Assembly: GCF_001306055.1 (NCBI RefSeq)
Contig: NZ_LGHJ01000018.1
Location: forward strand, 97,943-129,942
DNA length: 32,000 nt
Source: Bellilinea caldifistulae
Lineage (GTDB): Bacteria; Chloroflexota; Anaerolineae; Anaerolineales; Anaerolineaceae
Reading direction: 5' to 3'
This document shows, piece after piece, positions 9,397 through 20,577 of the stretch. Every line of letters starts with the position of its first letter. Position 1 is the first letter of the stretch. Under the pieces are notes generated by a model that saw only the letters and a list, made by a program, of their open reading frames with translations, was not told the origin of the DNA and did not search any database. The translations under genes were made by a program, and so were the position numbers.

Positions 9397-10155
9397 ATGA
9401 AAAACCGAAAACTACTCTTTCTCATTCCAGTTGTTCTAATCCTGATCATTTTTAGCGGGTTTTCGATATGGGCTTACACTCCCTTAGGCCCAATGCCAGA
9501 GGCTCGCGCAGCGTTGATTAGCGATGATCAGGTTCAGATTCAACCGCAAGATGATTGGTGGATATTTACTCCCGTTGGGGATCAGGTTTCTAGAGGTTTG
9601 ATCATTTACCCGGGTGGAAGAGTGGACTGGCGCTCTTACGCGCCCCTTGCCAGAGCCATCGCTCAACGCGGCAACCTGGTTGCGTTGGTGCCGATGCCAT
9701 TCAATCTAGCGGTTTTTTCACCTCAAAAAGGTTTGGAAATCATCCAGGCAAATCCCCAGATTGCTTACTGGGCAATTGGGGGGCATTCCCTGGGGGGTGC
9801 TATGGCGGCCAATTTTGTTTTTCAAAACTCCGGATTGGTACAGGGCTTAGTCTTGTGGGCTTCATACCCGGCAGAGAATAATTCTCTGAGCAATGTGCCG
9901 GTCAAGGTGATTTCAATATATGGGAGTGAGGATGGACTGGCGACGGTAGATGTCGTGGAAGCCTCTCGCGCCCTCCTGCCGCCGGATACCCATTGGGTTC
10001 AAATTGCTGGAGGGAATCACGCTCAATTTGGCTGGTATGGAGATCAGCCCGGTGATGGGGAAGCGCTGATCAGCCGTGAAGACCAGCAACTGATCGTTGT
10101 GGAGGAAACAGCACGCTTTCTGGAAAAAATTTCTTTCCATGGGGTGGACAAATGA
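9397..10155 (+). CDS. Membrane-anchored alpha/beta hydrolase
   Basis: N-terminal TM anchor LLFLIPVVLILIIFSGFSIW. Nucleophile elbow GHSLGG, a conserved Asp (SEDG) and a late His (GGNHAQF). Confidence 0.75.
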   Translation: MKNRKLLFLIPVVLILIIFSGFSIWAYTPLGPMPEARAALISDDQVQIQPQDDWWIFTPVGDQVSRGLIIYPGGRVDWRSYAPLARAIAQRGNLVALVPMPFNLAVFSPQKGLEIIQANPQIAYWAIGGHSLGGAMAANFVFQNSGLVQGLVLWASYPAENNSLSNVPVKVISIYGSEDGLATVDVVEASRALLPPDTHWVQIAGGNHAQFGWYGDQPGDGEALISREDQQLIVVEETARFLEKISFHGVDK

Positions 10156-11120
10156 AACCGTTGCGACTGATTGGATTGTTTCTGCTGGTTGCTTTGCTGG
10201 TTGTCATCATTGGGCCGCTGATCATACCTGTACCACCTTTACCCGATGCCGTTCCCGTGACAGCACTGATGGACGATGACAGCCGTTTTGTCGAGGTCAA
10301 AGGGATTGATGTGCATTACAAACAATATGGCAGCGGTGAACCAGTGATGATTTTATTGCACGGTTTTGGGGCAAGCACCTTCTCATGGCGCGAGGTGATG
10401 CAGCCACTCGCCCAGTATGGGACGGTGATTGCTTTCGACCGGCCGGCTTTTGGTCTGACGGAGCGCCCGATGCCCGGCGAGTGGTCAGGAGAATCACCCT
10501 ATACCCTTAATTCCCAAATCCAATTGTTGATGGGTTTGATGGATCAGTTAGGCATCGAACGTGCGGTGTTGATCGGAAATTCGGCGGGCGGTACCGTGGC
10601 TGCTGCGGCGGCGTTGGCCTATCCTGAGCGGGTAAGCGCTCTGGTATTGGTGGATGCGGCGATTTATGCTGGCGGGGGTGCCCCGGCCTGGATTCGTCCA
10701 CTTCTGCGAACGCCTCAATTTGACCGTCTGGGTCCATGGTTTGCGCGTTCAATTGCCGGTGAGCAGGGGGATGCCTTCCTTCGGGCTGCCTGGCATGACC
10801 CTTCCAAAATCACCGAGGATATCATTCAGGGTTACCGCAAGCCTTTACAACTGGCTAATTGGGATCGGGCTTTATGGGAGTTAACCAAAGCCAGCGGCGA
10901 ATCCCAACTTGCGGGTCGGTTGAAGGAATTATCCATGCCGGTGCTGGTCGTAACCGGCGACGATGACAGGATTGTGCCAACTGCCGAGAGTTTGCGGCTG
11001 GCAAATGATATTCCCGGCGCAAAACTGGCTGTTTTTCCAGATTGTGGTCACGTCCCTCAGGAAGAGTGTCCGCAGTCGTTTTTGGAGGCAGTCGTTGGTT
11101 TTTTATCAGAAATTAAGTAA
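10152..11120 (+). CDS. Membrane-anchored alpha/beta hydrolase (fold-1 family)
   Basis: N-terminal TM anchor. Oxyanion motif HGFGAS, nucleophile GNSAGG, GDDDRIVP and CGHVPQEE (catalytic triad S-D-H). ATGA overlap with the upstream hydrolase. Confidence 0.8.
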   Translation: MKPLRLIGLFLLVALLVVIIGPLIIPVPPLPDAVPVTALMDDDSRFVEVKGIDVHYKQYGSGEPVMILLHGFGASTFSWREVMQPLAQYGTVIAFDRPAFGLTERPMPGEWSGESPYTLNSQIQLLMGLMDQLGIERAVLIGNSAGGTVAAAAALAYPERVSALVLVDAAIYAGGGAPAWIRPLLRTPQFDRLGPWFARSIAGEQGDAFLRAAWHDPSKITEDIIQGYRKPLQLANWDRALWELTKASGESQLAGRLKELSMPVLVVTGDDDRIVPTAESLRLANDIPGAKLAVFPDCGHVPQEECPQSFLEAVVGFLSEIK

Positions 11121-11136
11121 CAAGGAGAATGGACAT

Positions 11137-11619
11137 ATGACAAAGCAATTAAAAACAAACATTCCAGCCCCCGATTTTGAAGGAGTAGATACCCGCGGAA
11201 ATACTGTGCAATTGTCCGACTTTCGCGGTAGAAAAATTATTGTTTTGGTTTTCAACCGCGGGTTTATGTGACCATATTGCGTGAAGCATTTGGCGCAGTT
11301 GCGTCAGGATTACGATGAGTTCACCCGTCGAGGTGCTGAAATTATTGCGTTAGGGCCGGATGGCCCACGTGCCTATCAGAGATTTTGGGAGTTGGAGAAT
11401 ATGCCGTTCATCGGAATGCCCGATATCCGTTCGAAAATTGCGGATAGCTATTATCAGGAAGTCAATTTGCTCAAACTGGGCAGGATGCCGGCGGTGTTCG
11501 TGATTGATAAAAACGGGATCATACGATACAAGCATTATGCTTCCTCGATGTCGGATATTCCACAGAATGAAGAAGTCTTAAGGGTTATTGATCAAATCAA
11601 TGAGGAGCGGTATGAGTAA
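11137..11619 (+). CDS. Peroxiredoxin-like (AhpC/TSA, PRX_like2-type) thiol:disulfide oxidoreductase with in-frame TGA; candidate selenoprotein (UxxC)
   Basis: AAGGAG SD at 11122-11127 and ATG at 11137. Track ORFs 10963..11271 and 11281..11619 are in the same frame and separated only by the TGA at 11269-11271. The joined protein reads ...KIIVLVFNRGFM-U-PYCVKHLAQLRQDYDEF..., so the TGA occupies the first Cys of the family's CxxC motif. The 3' end overlaps the SDR start. Confidence 0.75.
11281..11324 (+). promoter_or_regulatory. Candidate bacterial SECIS element
   Basis: Hand-folded structure. Lower stem: GUGAA (11281-11285) pairs with UUCAC (11320-11324). Upper 8-bp stem: 11289-11296 pairs with 11301-11308 (UUUGGCGC / GCGUCAGG, including 3 G-U pairs). 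The apical loop AGUU (11297-11300) begins 26 nt after the UGA and has G at loop position 2. Confidence 0.45.
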
Positions 11620-12244
11620 GACGGCATTAATCTGGGGAGTAACAGGCGGAATTGGCTCTGCGCTGGCAAAATTATTAGCGAAGGAGGGCTGGCAGGTTGC
11701 AGGTACGGCGAGAGATGAAATACAGGCTCGCCGAATTGTCCCCTTAGCCTTTGAGGTGGATGTTGCTAATCCATTTTCTGTGCGGGAAGGTGTGGCTGCC
11801 ATTGCGCAGGAAATTATCAGCGTGGATTGGTGGGTTTTCGCAATCGGTGATATACTTTCAAAATCGGTCAGCGAGATGAGTGATGTGGAATGGCAGAAAA
11901 TCTTAAACGCCAATTTGAACGGCGTTTTTTATGCAATCCACGAAAGTCAGGCACTCTTGAGTGACGGAGCGCCGGTTTACATCCTGGGGGCAGTCAGTGA
12001 ACGAATGCGCCTTCCCGGTTTAGCGGCGTATGCTGCTGCAAAAGCCGGGGTGGAAGCCTTTGCTGAAGTACTGCGCAAGGAAATGAAAAGAACCGTTGTG
12101 GTTGTAAGGCCGGGAGCGGTCAACACCGATCTATGGAAAAAGGTACCCTTTCGGCTACCCGCTAATGCACTCAACGCAGAAGATTTGGCTCGAAAGATGT
12201 ATTCGGCATATCAAAATAACTATAAAGAATTGTTTTTGGATTAA
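11612..12244 (+). CDS. Short-chain dehydrogenase/reductase (SDR)
   Basis: Cofactor motif GVTGGIGSALA and catalytic YAAAKAG (YxxxK). The ATG at 11612 overlaps the upstream stop by 8 nt (ATGAGTAA). Confidence 0.85.
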   Translation: MSKTALIWGVTGGIGSALAKLLAKEGWQVAGTARDEIQARRIVPLAFEVDVANPFSVREGVAAIAQEIISVDWWVFAIGDILSKSVSEMSDVEWQKILNANLNGVFYAIHESQALLSDGAPVYILGAVSERMRLPGLAAYAAAKAGVEAFAEVLRKEMKRTVVVVRPGAVNTDLWKKVPFRLPANALNAEDLARKMYSAYQNNYKELFLD

Positions 12245-12245
12245 C

Positions 12246-13499
12246 ATGGTTTGGGATTATCAGCATCTGATTTCCAGACGGCTGCTGTTGTGGAGTTCAA
12301 TCAGCATCGTCGTGTCGGGATTGGTCTTTGGTCGGGGGGATTTTTGGCGCGGCTTTGCCATTCAGGCATTGGTGTGGGCAGCGGTGGACGCAATAATTGC
12401 CGTGTTTGGCTTGCGTTCTTCCTTGCCGCGCCTTTATCTGCCGGTGGATTTGGCAATCGCAGAGAGAGAAACGAAAAAACTGCGTAAAATTTTATGGATT
12501 AACGCCGGTCTGGATGTCCTTTATATTACCGGAGGCAGTTTGCTTTATATCGCCAACACTGCTTCCGACCCATTTCTGGCCGGTACAGGTGCAGGCATCA
12601 TTCTGCAAGGTGGTTTCTTGCTCCTCTTTGATCTGTGGCATGCGCTTCATACCCCACTGGAAACACGCTTGCCAGATCTGGGCATTTTCAAAGAACCCCA
12701 GCATGATACCACCGACTTAATGGGTGAGCATGGCGGAGCAGTACTGGTGGTACATGGCTTTCCAGGCAGTCCGGCTGAGATGGCTGCGCTGGGAGAGGCT
12801 CTGAACAAAGCCGGCTGGCATGTGCGCCTGTTGCGTTTACCCGGACACGGAACGGCTTTTTCTCAGCTGTTTCAAACCCGCGTCACAGAATGGGTGAGTG
12901 AGGTGGAAAAGAACTTGATGGAGTTGCGCCAGAATTTCTCGCCGGTCTTGCTGATGGGCTATTCTCTTGGCGGGGGGATTTCGATGGCGGTGGCCAGTCG
13001 CAGCAAACCGGATGGTCTGATCCTGCTTTCTCCGTTCTGGAAAGCCGAACCCTGGTGGGTCAAATGGGTGGCGTTACCGGTCAGAACGCTCCTGCCAGTG
13101 TCCATCTATCCTTTTCGGACGCGTTGGCTGAAGCCGGAGCAATTCCGGGCTGCTTCAACCGAACTGCTGCCGGGATTTGATTTGGATGATCCGCAGGTGC
13201 GGCAATCTTTGATGGACATCCGCTTACCCATGGTGTTTTTGGAACAGTTTAGACGGTTGAGCCAGCTGATCATCAGGGGTTTAGCGCATATTCAGGTTCC
13301 AACTCTGGTGGTGCAAGGAAAATACGATCCGGTAGTATCCCCCCAGGGTACGCGGGCTTTGATCCAGCAGATTCATGCACCCCTCCAGTATGTCGAAACG
13401 GAAGGGGATCACAACATAAATCAACGTTCCAACCGCGGCTATGCTGAAACGGAAACCGCTGTACTAAAATTTGCGGCACAGTTTCAAAAATCCGGTTAA
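12246..13499 (+). CDS. Fusion of an N-terminal ~4-TM domain with a C-terminal alpha/beta hydrolase (esterase/lipase-like)
   Basis: The ATG at 12246 is 1 nt after the SDR stop. The first ~165 aa contain about four hydrophobic helices. These are followed by VLVVHGFPGSP, LPGHG, the nucleophile GYSLGG and a late GDHN. Confidence 0.75.
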   Translation: MVWDYQHLISRRLLLWSSISIVVSGLVFGRGDFWRGFAIQALVWAAVDAIIAVFGLRSSLPRLYLPVDLAIAERETKKLRKILWINAGLDVLYITGGSLLYIANTASDPFLAGTGAGIILQGGFLLLFDLWHALHTPLETRLPDLGIFKEPQHDTTDLMGEHGGAVLVVHGFPGSPAEMAALGEALNKAGWHVRLLRLPGHGTAFSQLFQTRVTEWVSEVEKNLMELRQNFSPVLLMGYSLGGGISMAVASRSKPDGLILLSPFWKAEPWWVKWVALPVRTLLPVSIYPFRTRWLKPEQFRAASTELLPGFDLDDPQVRQSLMDIRLPMVFLEQFRRLSQLIIRGLAHIQVPTLVVQGKYDPVVSPQGTRALIQQIHAPLQYVETEGDHNINQRSNRGYAETETAVLKFAAQFQKSG

Positions 13500-13502
13500 A
13501 AG

Positions 13503-13538
13503 AATCGGCGGACAGGTGTGATTGCCTGCCCGCCGAAT
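13503..13538. terminator. Hairpin between convergent genes (hydrolase operon and eno), likely bidirectional intrinsic terminator
   Basis: The arm at 13503-13516 pairs with 13525-13538, giving about 12 bp with 2 mismatches and an 8-nt loop. On the minus strand the stem is followed by TTCTTTT. The plus-strand tail is only weakly T-rich. Confidence 0.6.
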
Positions 13539-13553
13539 AGTTTAGAGGAACAA

Positions 13554-16653
<3,100 letters not shown>

Positions 16654-16783
16654 TCAGAAGTGTGGTTCAAAATCTTGATCCGAAAGCACCATGAAAATAT
16701 CGAATAACCGGTTGTGTGATTCAACAAACCGTCAGGGAAATTGGGTTTCATTGCAAAGTTTATCATAGATTTTTTGGAATAGG

Positions 16784-16818
16784 GAAAAAAACAACTCTGC
16801 TTTGGCAGAGCAGAGTTG
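16784..16818 (-). terminator. Rho-independent terminator downstream of the S1-domain gene
   Basis: On the minus strand CAACTCTGCT pairs with AGCAGAGTTG (10 bp). The stem is followed by a run of 8 T (plus-strand A-run 16784-16791). Confidence 0.7.
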
Positions 16819-16900
16819 AAAGGCTAACCTTAAAAGGACCCGGGAGAAATTCGAATCCTGCAAGAATTCAAATGTCAGTCAAATCCCTGAAAGCCTGCCA

Positions 16901-17752
16901 TTACTGGGTGGTGCTTTTATGTTCTAAAGTACGGGCCAGAATTTCCTCTTGTTCGTTGGAAAGGCTTTTTGCCTTTTCTTTTTTGGCTTTTTCTGCTTTT
17001 TTGCGGTCTTTGGCACGTTCCATGGCTTCGCGGAGGGCGATTTCCATGGCAGTGGGTTCACTTTCAGAGGAAGATTCCTCGCCGGCTTGTTGTATTTCGG
17101 CGCTTAAATCTCCGAATTCATGATGACGTTCCTGGCGGGAAGTGTTTTTCTTACCGCGGCGGGGTCTTTCTTTTCCGGATTCTTTTCTGGGCTCTTTGAC
17201 GGGTTCGGCAACTTCTTCTTGAACTGGTTCTGGCAAAAGGGCTTTAACGCTGAGCTTGATTTGTTTTTTCTTTTTGTTGACATCAATGACTTTGGCTTCC
17301 AATTCGTCGCCTTCTTTGACTACATCGGATGGGGTTCGTACGTAACCGTGCGCCAGTTCGCTGATGTGAATCAATCCGGGGCGTTCGGCGCCAATATCCA
17401 GAAATACGCCGAAATTTTCAATGCGGACAACTTTGCCTTTGACCACCATATCGGGCTTGATTTCGCGCCATTCCAGATCAAGTGGTTTGATCATAGTTAA
17501 CTCGATGCGGTTGTCTTTGATGCGGCGCACCCATACGTCAATGATTTGACCAACCTGTAGAACATCTTTAACGCTTTTAATCGGTTGATCGGTAAAGGTG
17601 GAAATTTGCGAGATGTGAAGGACGGCTTTTTGGCCTTCCGCAATTTCAACTACTGCACCGGCAAGGGTGGTCTTGATGACTTTTCCGGCAAACTTCATCT
17701 TGGGTTTGATTTCAAGATTTGAGCTGCTTTCCGCAACTGCGGTATTTTCCAT
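16901..17752 (-). CDS. S1 RNA-binding domain protein (two S1 domains plus a charged K/E-rich C-terminal tail)
   Basis: Two S1/OB repeats (GKVIKTTLAGAVVEI... and GKVVRIENFGVFLDIG...GLIHISEL). The C-terminal ~100 aa are Lys/Glu/Arg-rich low complexity. GGGAG SD lies 9 nt upstream. Confidence 0.8.
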   Translation of the reverse strand: MENTAVAESSSNLEIKPKMKFAGKVIKTTLAGAVVEIAEGQKAVLHISQISTFTDQPIKSVKDVLQVGQIIDVWVRRIKDNRIELTMIKPLDLEWREIKPDMVVKGKVVRIENFGVFLDIGAERPGLIHISELAHGYVRTPSDVVKEGDELEAKVIDVNKKKKQIKLSVKALLPEPVQEEVAEPVKEPRKESGKERPRRGKKNTSRQERHHEFGDLSAEIQQAGEESSSESEPTAMEIALREAMERAKDRKKAEKAKKEKAKSLSNEQEEILARTLEHKSTTQ

Positions 17753-17792
17753 AATACTTTTCTCCCAAAGGTCTTAATTACTGCGAGGGTTG

Positions 17793-17821
17793 ATTATACC
17801 CCTAGCCGGTGGAACTGTCAA
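17793..17821 (-). promoter_or_regulatory. Consensus sigma70 promoter TTGACA-17 nt-TATAAT for the S1-domain gene
   Basis: On the minus strand, TTGACA is at 17821-17816, the spacer is exactly 17 nt, and TATAAT is at 17798-17793. This is about 40 nt upstream of the ATG at 17752. Confidence 0.7.
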
Positions 17822-17871
17822 TTAAAGGAATGAAAGTTTGGCAAATTCGGCTTTAAATCAAATGGAAAACC

Positions 17872-18957
17872 TCAGGAATGAAGACTTCGAAAAGAAATCA
17901 TTCCAAATAAAAATGGCAGCCAGAAGGTATAACCCCTAAATGCGAGGGTAATTACCGCAGCGGCTTCAATTGGAACAGACAAGGAGCTGAGAGCGAAGGT
18001 CAACAACCCCTCAACGATACCAATTCCGGCCGGTGTGGGCGAAATAATCACAAACAAATAAGCAATCGAAAATCCCGCAATCAATTGGCCGGGAGTTACG
18101 GGAGTGCCAAATGCGAGGAACATCATTCCGAGAATGCTTACCAGAAGCACTTTATTTAAAAGCGTTAATCCGGCTGGACGTACCCACCCATTGCGAAGAT
18201 TTTGAATGGCTTTGACCCCTTCGCTGATTTCAGCGGCGAAACGAATAACTCTTTCTTCACTGATCAGGGTCTTTTTAAGGATGCAGGCAGTCTGGCGGTT
18301 TAAGAAGCGAGCCATTTTCAATAACAGGCGGGTCAGGCGTTCTTCCGAACGGGATGCCAGATAAACCACCGAAATAATGGCAGATACAAACAATAAGAAC
18401 AGTATAAAAGCAAAGATTTCAAATGCCCACAAGACCTGATAAAAAGCAAGAATAATCAAACCAAAAAAAATAATGGTCAGCAGACCGCAGTAATCGAAAA
18501 TTAGAAATAAGGCGCTTCCGACCATCATTCTCGCAGTGGAATGCCCATTTTTCTGCGCATCTGAGTAAAACACAACCATGCCGCTCATACCAGCACTTGG
18601 TGCAACCAGATTTATGAAATTAACTGCCATGAACAAGCGGAGTACCTGTAAGAGAGGTTTGTTGATTCCAACCATCGAAAAAAGCGATTGAAAAGTAGCA
18701 GCTGTGACTAAAATCCATCCCAATAAGAGAAGAAGAGCCGCTCCGAGCCAGAGCCAGTTACCTTTTTGTAAAACCTGCAGGACCTCCTGGACCTCGGTGA
18801 ATCGGCTGATGATAAAAAGGATGCCCAACAATACGACGAGGGCGATAATCAATTTTTTCACGGGTTGATTATAAATGAGAATAACCCGAACGAGGAAAAA
18901 ATACTGGAAAAAAACAAAAAAAGAACTCCCGGCGTTTCCCACCGGGAGTATAACCAT
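17872..18957 (-). CDS. Polytopic membrane protein, UPF0104/lysylphosphatidylglycerol-synthase-TM-region-like (flippase-like)
   Basis: About 8 hydrophobic helices, with overall resemblance to the UPF0104 family. The start is uncertain; a GTG at 18861 (VKKLIIALVV...) is an alternative. Confidence 0.55.
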   Translation of the reverse strand: MVILPVGNAGSSFFVFFQYFFLVRVILIYNQPVKKLIIALVVLLGILFIISRFTEVQEVLQVLQKGNWLWLGAALLLLLGWILVTAATFQSLFSMVGINKPLLQVLRLFMAVNFINLVAPSAGMSGMVVFYSDAQKNGHSTARMMVGSALFLIFDYCGLLTIIFFGLIILAFYQVLWAFEIFAFILFLLFVSAIISVVYLASRSEERLTRLLLKMARFLNRQTACILKKTLISEERVIRFAAEISEGVKAIQNLRNGWVRPAGLTLLNKVLLVSILGMMFLAFGTPVTPGQLIAGFSIAYLFVIISPTPAGIGIVEGLLTFALSSLSVPIEAAAVITLAFRGYTFWLPFLFGMISFRSLHS

Positions 18958-18981
18958 GAAAATTTCATTTTACATGCAGGA

Positions 18982-20253
18982 TTACTTGCTGGTTCGGCTG
19001 GGAGCTTGCTGGTTTAGCAGCAATTCAATTGCTTTTTCCAGCTGAGGATCACGATTGGCTTTTTGATCTTCTTCGGTCAGTTCTACAACAACATCCGGCG
19101 TTAGGCCCTGACCGTTTATTTGACGCTCGTTGGGGGTAAGCCAGCGGGCAATGGTGATCTTCACCGCACCGGCATTATCTTTTAATTGCCGCCAGGTTTG
19201 AACCGTGCCTTTACCGAATGTTTTCGTGCCCACCAGCAATCCGCGCCCGCGATCCTGAATGGCACCTGCGGTGATTTCGGATGCAGAAGCAGAGCCTTCG
19301 TTGACCAGGACGACCAGCGGGATATTGGTCGCCAAACCACCCGGCCGGGCTTGATAGGGAACTTTTTCGCCGTTTCCGTATTGCTCAACCATGACAATCC
19401 CATCACCGATAAATTGCGAGGTGATATTGATGGCCGAATTCAGAAAGCCGCCGGGGTTATTGCGGAGATCGAGAACGATCCCCCTGGGATTGTTTTTTAG
19501 CAGTTCCCGCAATTTGGTGCGCAGGTCGCGATCGGTTCTTTCTCCAAATTGAGTGATCTTGATGTAGGCGATATTGTTGTCCAGCATTTTCGCACTGACG
19601 GTTTCGAGCGTGATCTTCTGACGAACGATGCTGACCTCGAAGGGATTTTCTTCTCCTTCTCGCAAGATGGTTAACCGAACGGTGGTACCGGCCGGGCCGA
19701 GGACGCGGCGTAAAACCAGTTGAGGGTCTAGTGAGGTGACGTCTTCGCCATCAACGGCAATGACTTGATCACCGGCTTTCAATCCCGCCTTTTCAGCGGG
19801 AGAGCCTTCCATTGGGCTGATGATTGTGAGGTATTTACCGCTGGTATCTACCCAGGCGCCAATGCCATCGTATTCACCCCTTAGGGGAGCGTTTGCCTGC
19901 TGATATTCGTCAACGGTCAGGTAGCCGGTGTATGGATCGCCCAAGGCCTCTAACATTCCCCGGATGGCACCTTGCATCAACAACTGGTCATCCACAGGCT
20001 GGTCTACGTAATTTTCATGAACCAGATCCCAGGCTTGCCAGAAAGGACTGAACAGCGCTTCGCGGTCAATGGCTTGTTGGGTGGCAGAAGGGGTTCCAAC
20101 TGGGGAATTATTCGATAGGAGGGGAAAGCTGGGCAGGCTTACGGTTGAAGGCAGGCTGATCCCGGCAGCCAAACCGATGCTGAAACTGATTCCCATTAAG
20201 AGACCCAGAACCAGTAAAACCAGAATGGTTCGGATTATTTTTGAATTCATCAT
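18982..20253 (-). CDS. ctpA: Carboxyl-terminal processing protease (peptidase S41) with PDZ domain
   Basis: N-terminal TM/signal anchor, PDZ motif (GSPAEKAGLKAGDQVIAVDG), and S41 catalytic motifs GSASASEI and TFGKGTVQ. The ATG at 20253 has GGAG 5 nt upstream; the track start at 20280 is a GTG extension. Confidence 0.85.
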   Translation of the reverse strand: MMNSKIIRTILVLLVLGLLMGISFSIGLAAGISLPSTVSLPSFPLLSNNSPVGTPSATQQAIDREALFSPFWQAWDLVHENYVDQPVDDQLLMQGAIRGMLEALGDPYTGYLTVDEYQQANAPLRGEYDGIGAWVDTSGKYLTIISPMEGSPAEKAGLKAGDQVIAVDGEDVTSLDPQLVLRRVLGPAGTTVRLTILREGEENPFEVSIVRQKITLETVSAKMLDNNIAYIKITQFGERTDRDLRTKLRELLKNNPRGIVLDLRNNPGGFLNSAINITSQFIGDGIVMVEQYGNGEKVPYQARPGGLATNIPLVVLVNEGSASASEITAGAIQDRGRGLLVGTKTFGKGTVQTWRQLKDNAGAVKITIARWLTPNERQINGQGLTPDVVVELTEEDQKANRDPQLEKAIELLLNQQAPSRTSK

Positions 20254-20322
20254 CTTTACTCCATTAAGTGGTGTTGACACAGTTCAATAAATATCACGGG
20301 ATGGTTAAGTGAAAATGAAAAA

Positions 20323-20577
20323 TTACTGATTTGTCGTGTCTTTTTCCTGAGTGAAATCCTTGAGCCGTGCCACCTGTTCTGAAAGTTCCCTAAGGGGCTG
20401 ATCTTCCTTTTCCCACGGGTTTTTGAGGGCATTCATCGTATCCGAAAGGATGGATGTGCTGGATTGGTCAGAATTATTTTTATTGCGGAGAAGTGAAAGC
20501 AGGCTCAGGTTCGTAACCAGGAGCAAGACGGCAATGATACCCATTGCAACCCAACCGGTTAAGGGGATATCGTTCAT
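20323..20577 (-). CDS. Small single-pass membrane protein, unknown function
   Basis: MNDIPLTGWVAMGIIAVLLLVTNLSLLSLL is a TM helix, followed by a polar, possibly helical tail. The ATG overlaps the stop of the upstream HAD gene (ATGA). No recognisable family. Confidence 0.45.
   Translation of the reverse strand: MNDIPLTGWVAMGIIAVLLLVTNLSLLSLLRNKNNSDQSSTSILSDTMNALKNPWEKEDQPLRELSEQVARLKDFTQEKDTTNQ

Noticed and set aside
10963-11136. N-terminal extension of the Prx-like ORF back to 10963
   Set aside because: This segment overlaps the 3' end of the second hydrolase in another frame. A strong AAGGAG SD with an ATG at 11137 gives a family-typical N-terminus (MTKQLKTNIPAPDFEG).
16716-17500. Plus-strand ORFs 16716..17123, 16969..17199 and 17120..17500, opposite the S1-domain gene
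   Set aside because: They are antisense to a well-supported gene. Their Phe/Leu/Ser-rich translations mirror the K/E-rich low-complexity coding tract, and they lack start signals.
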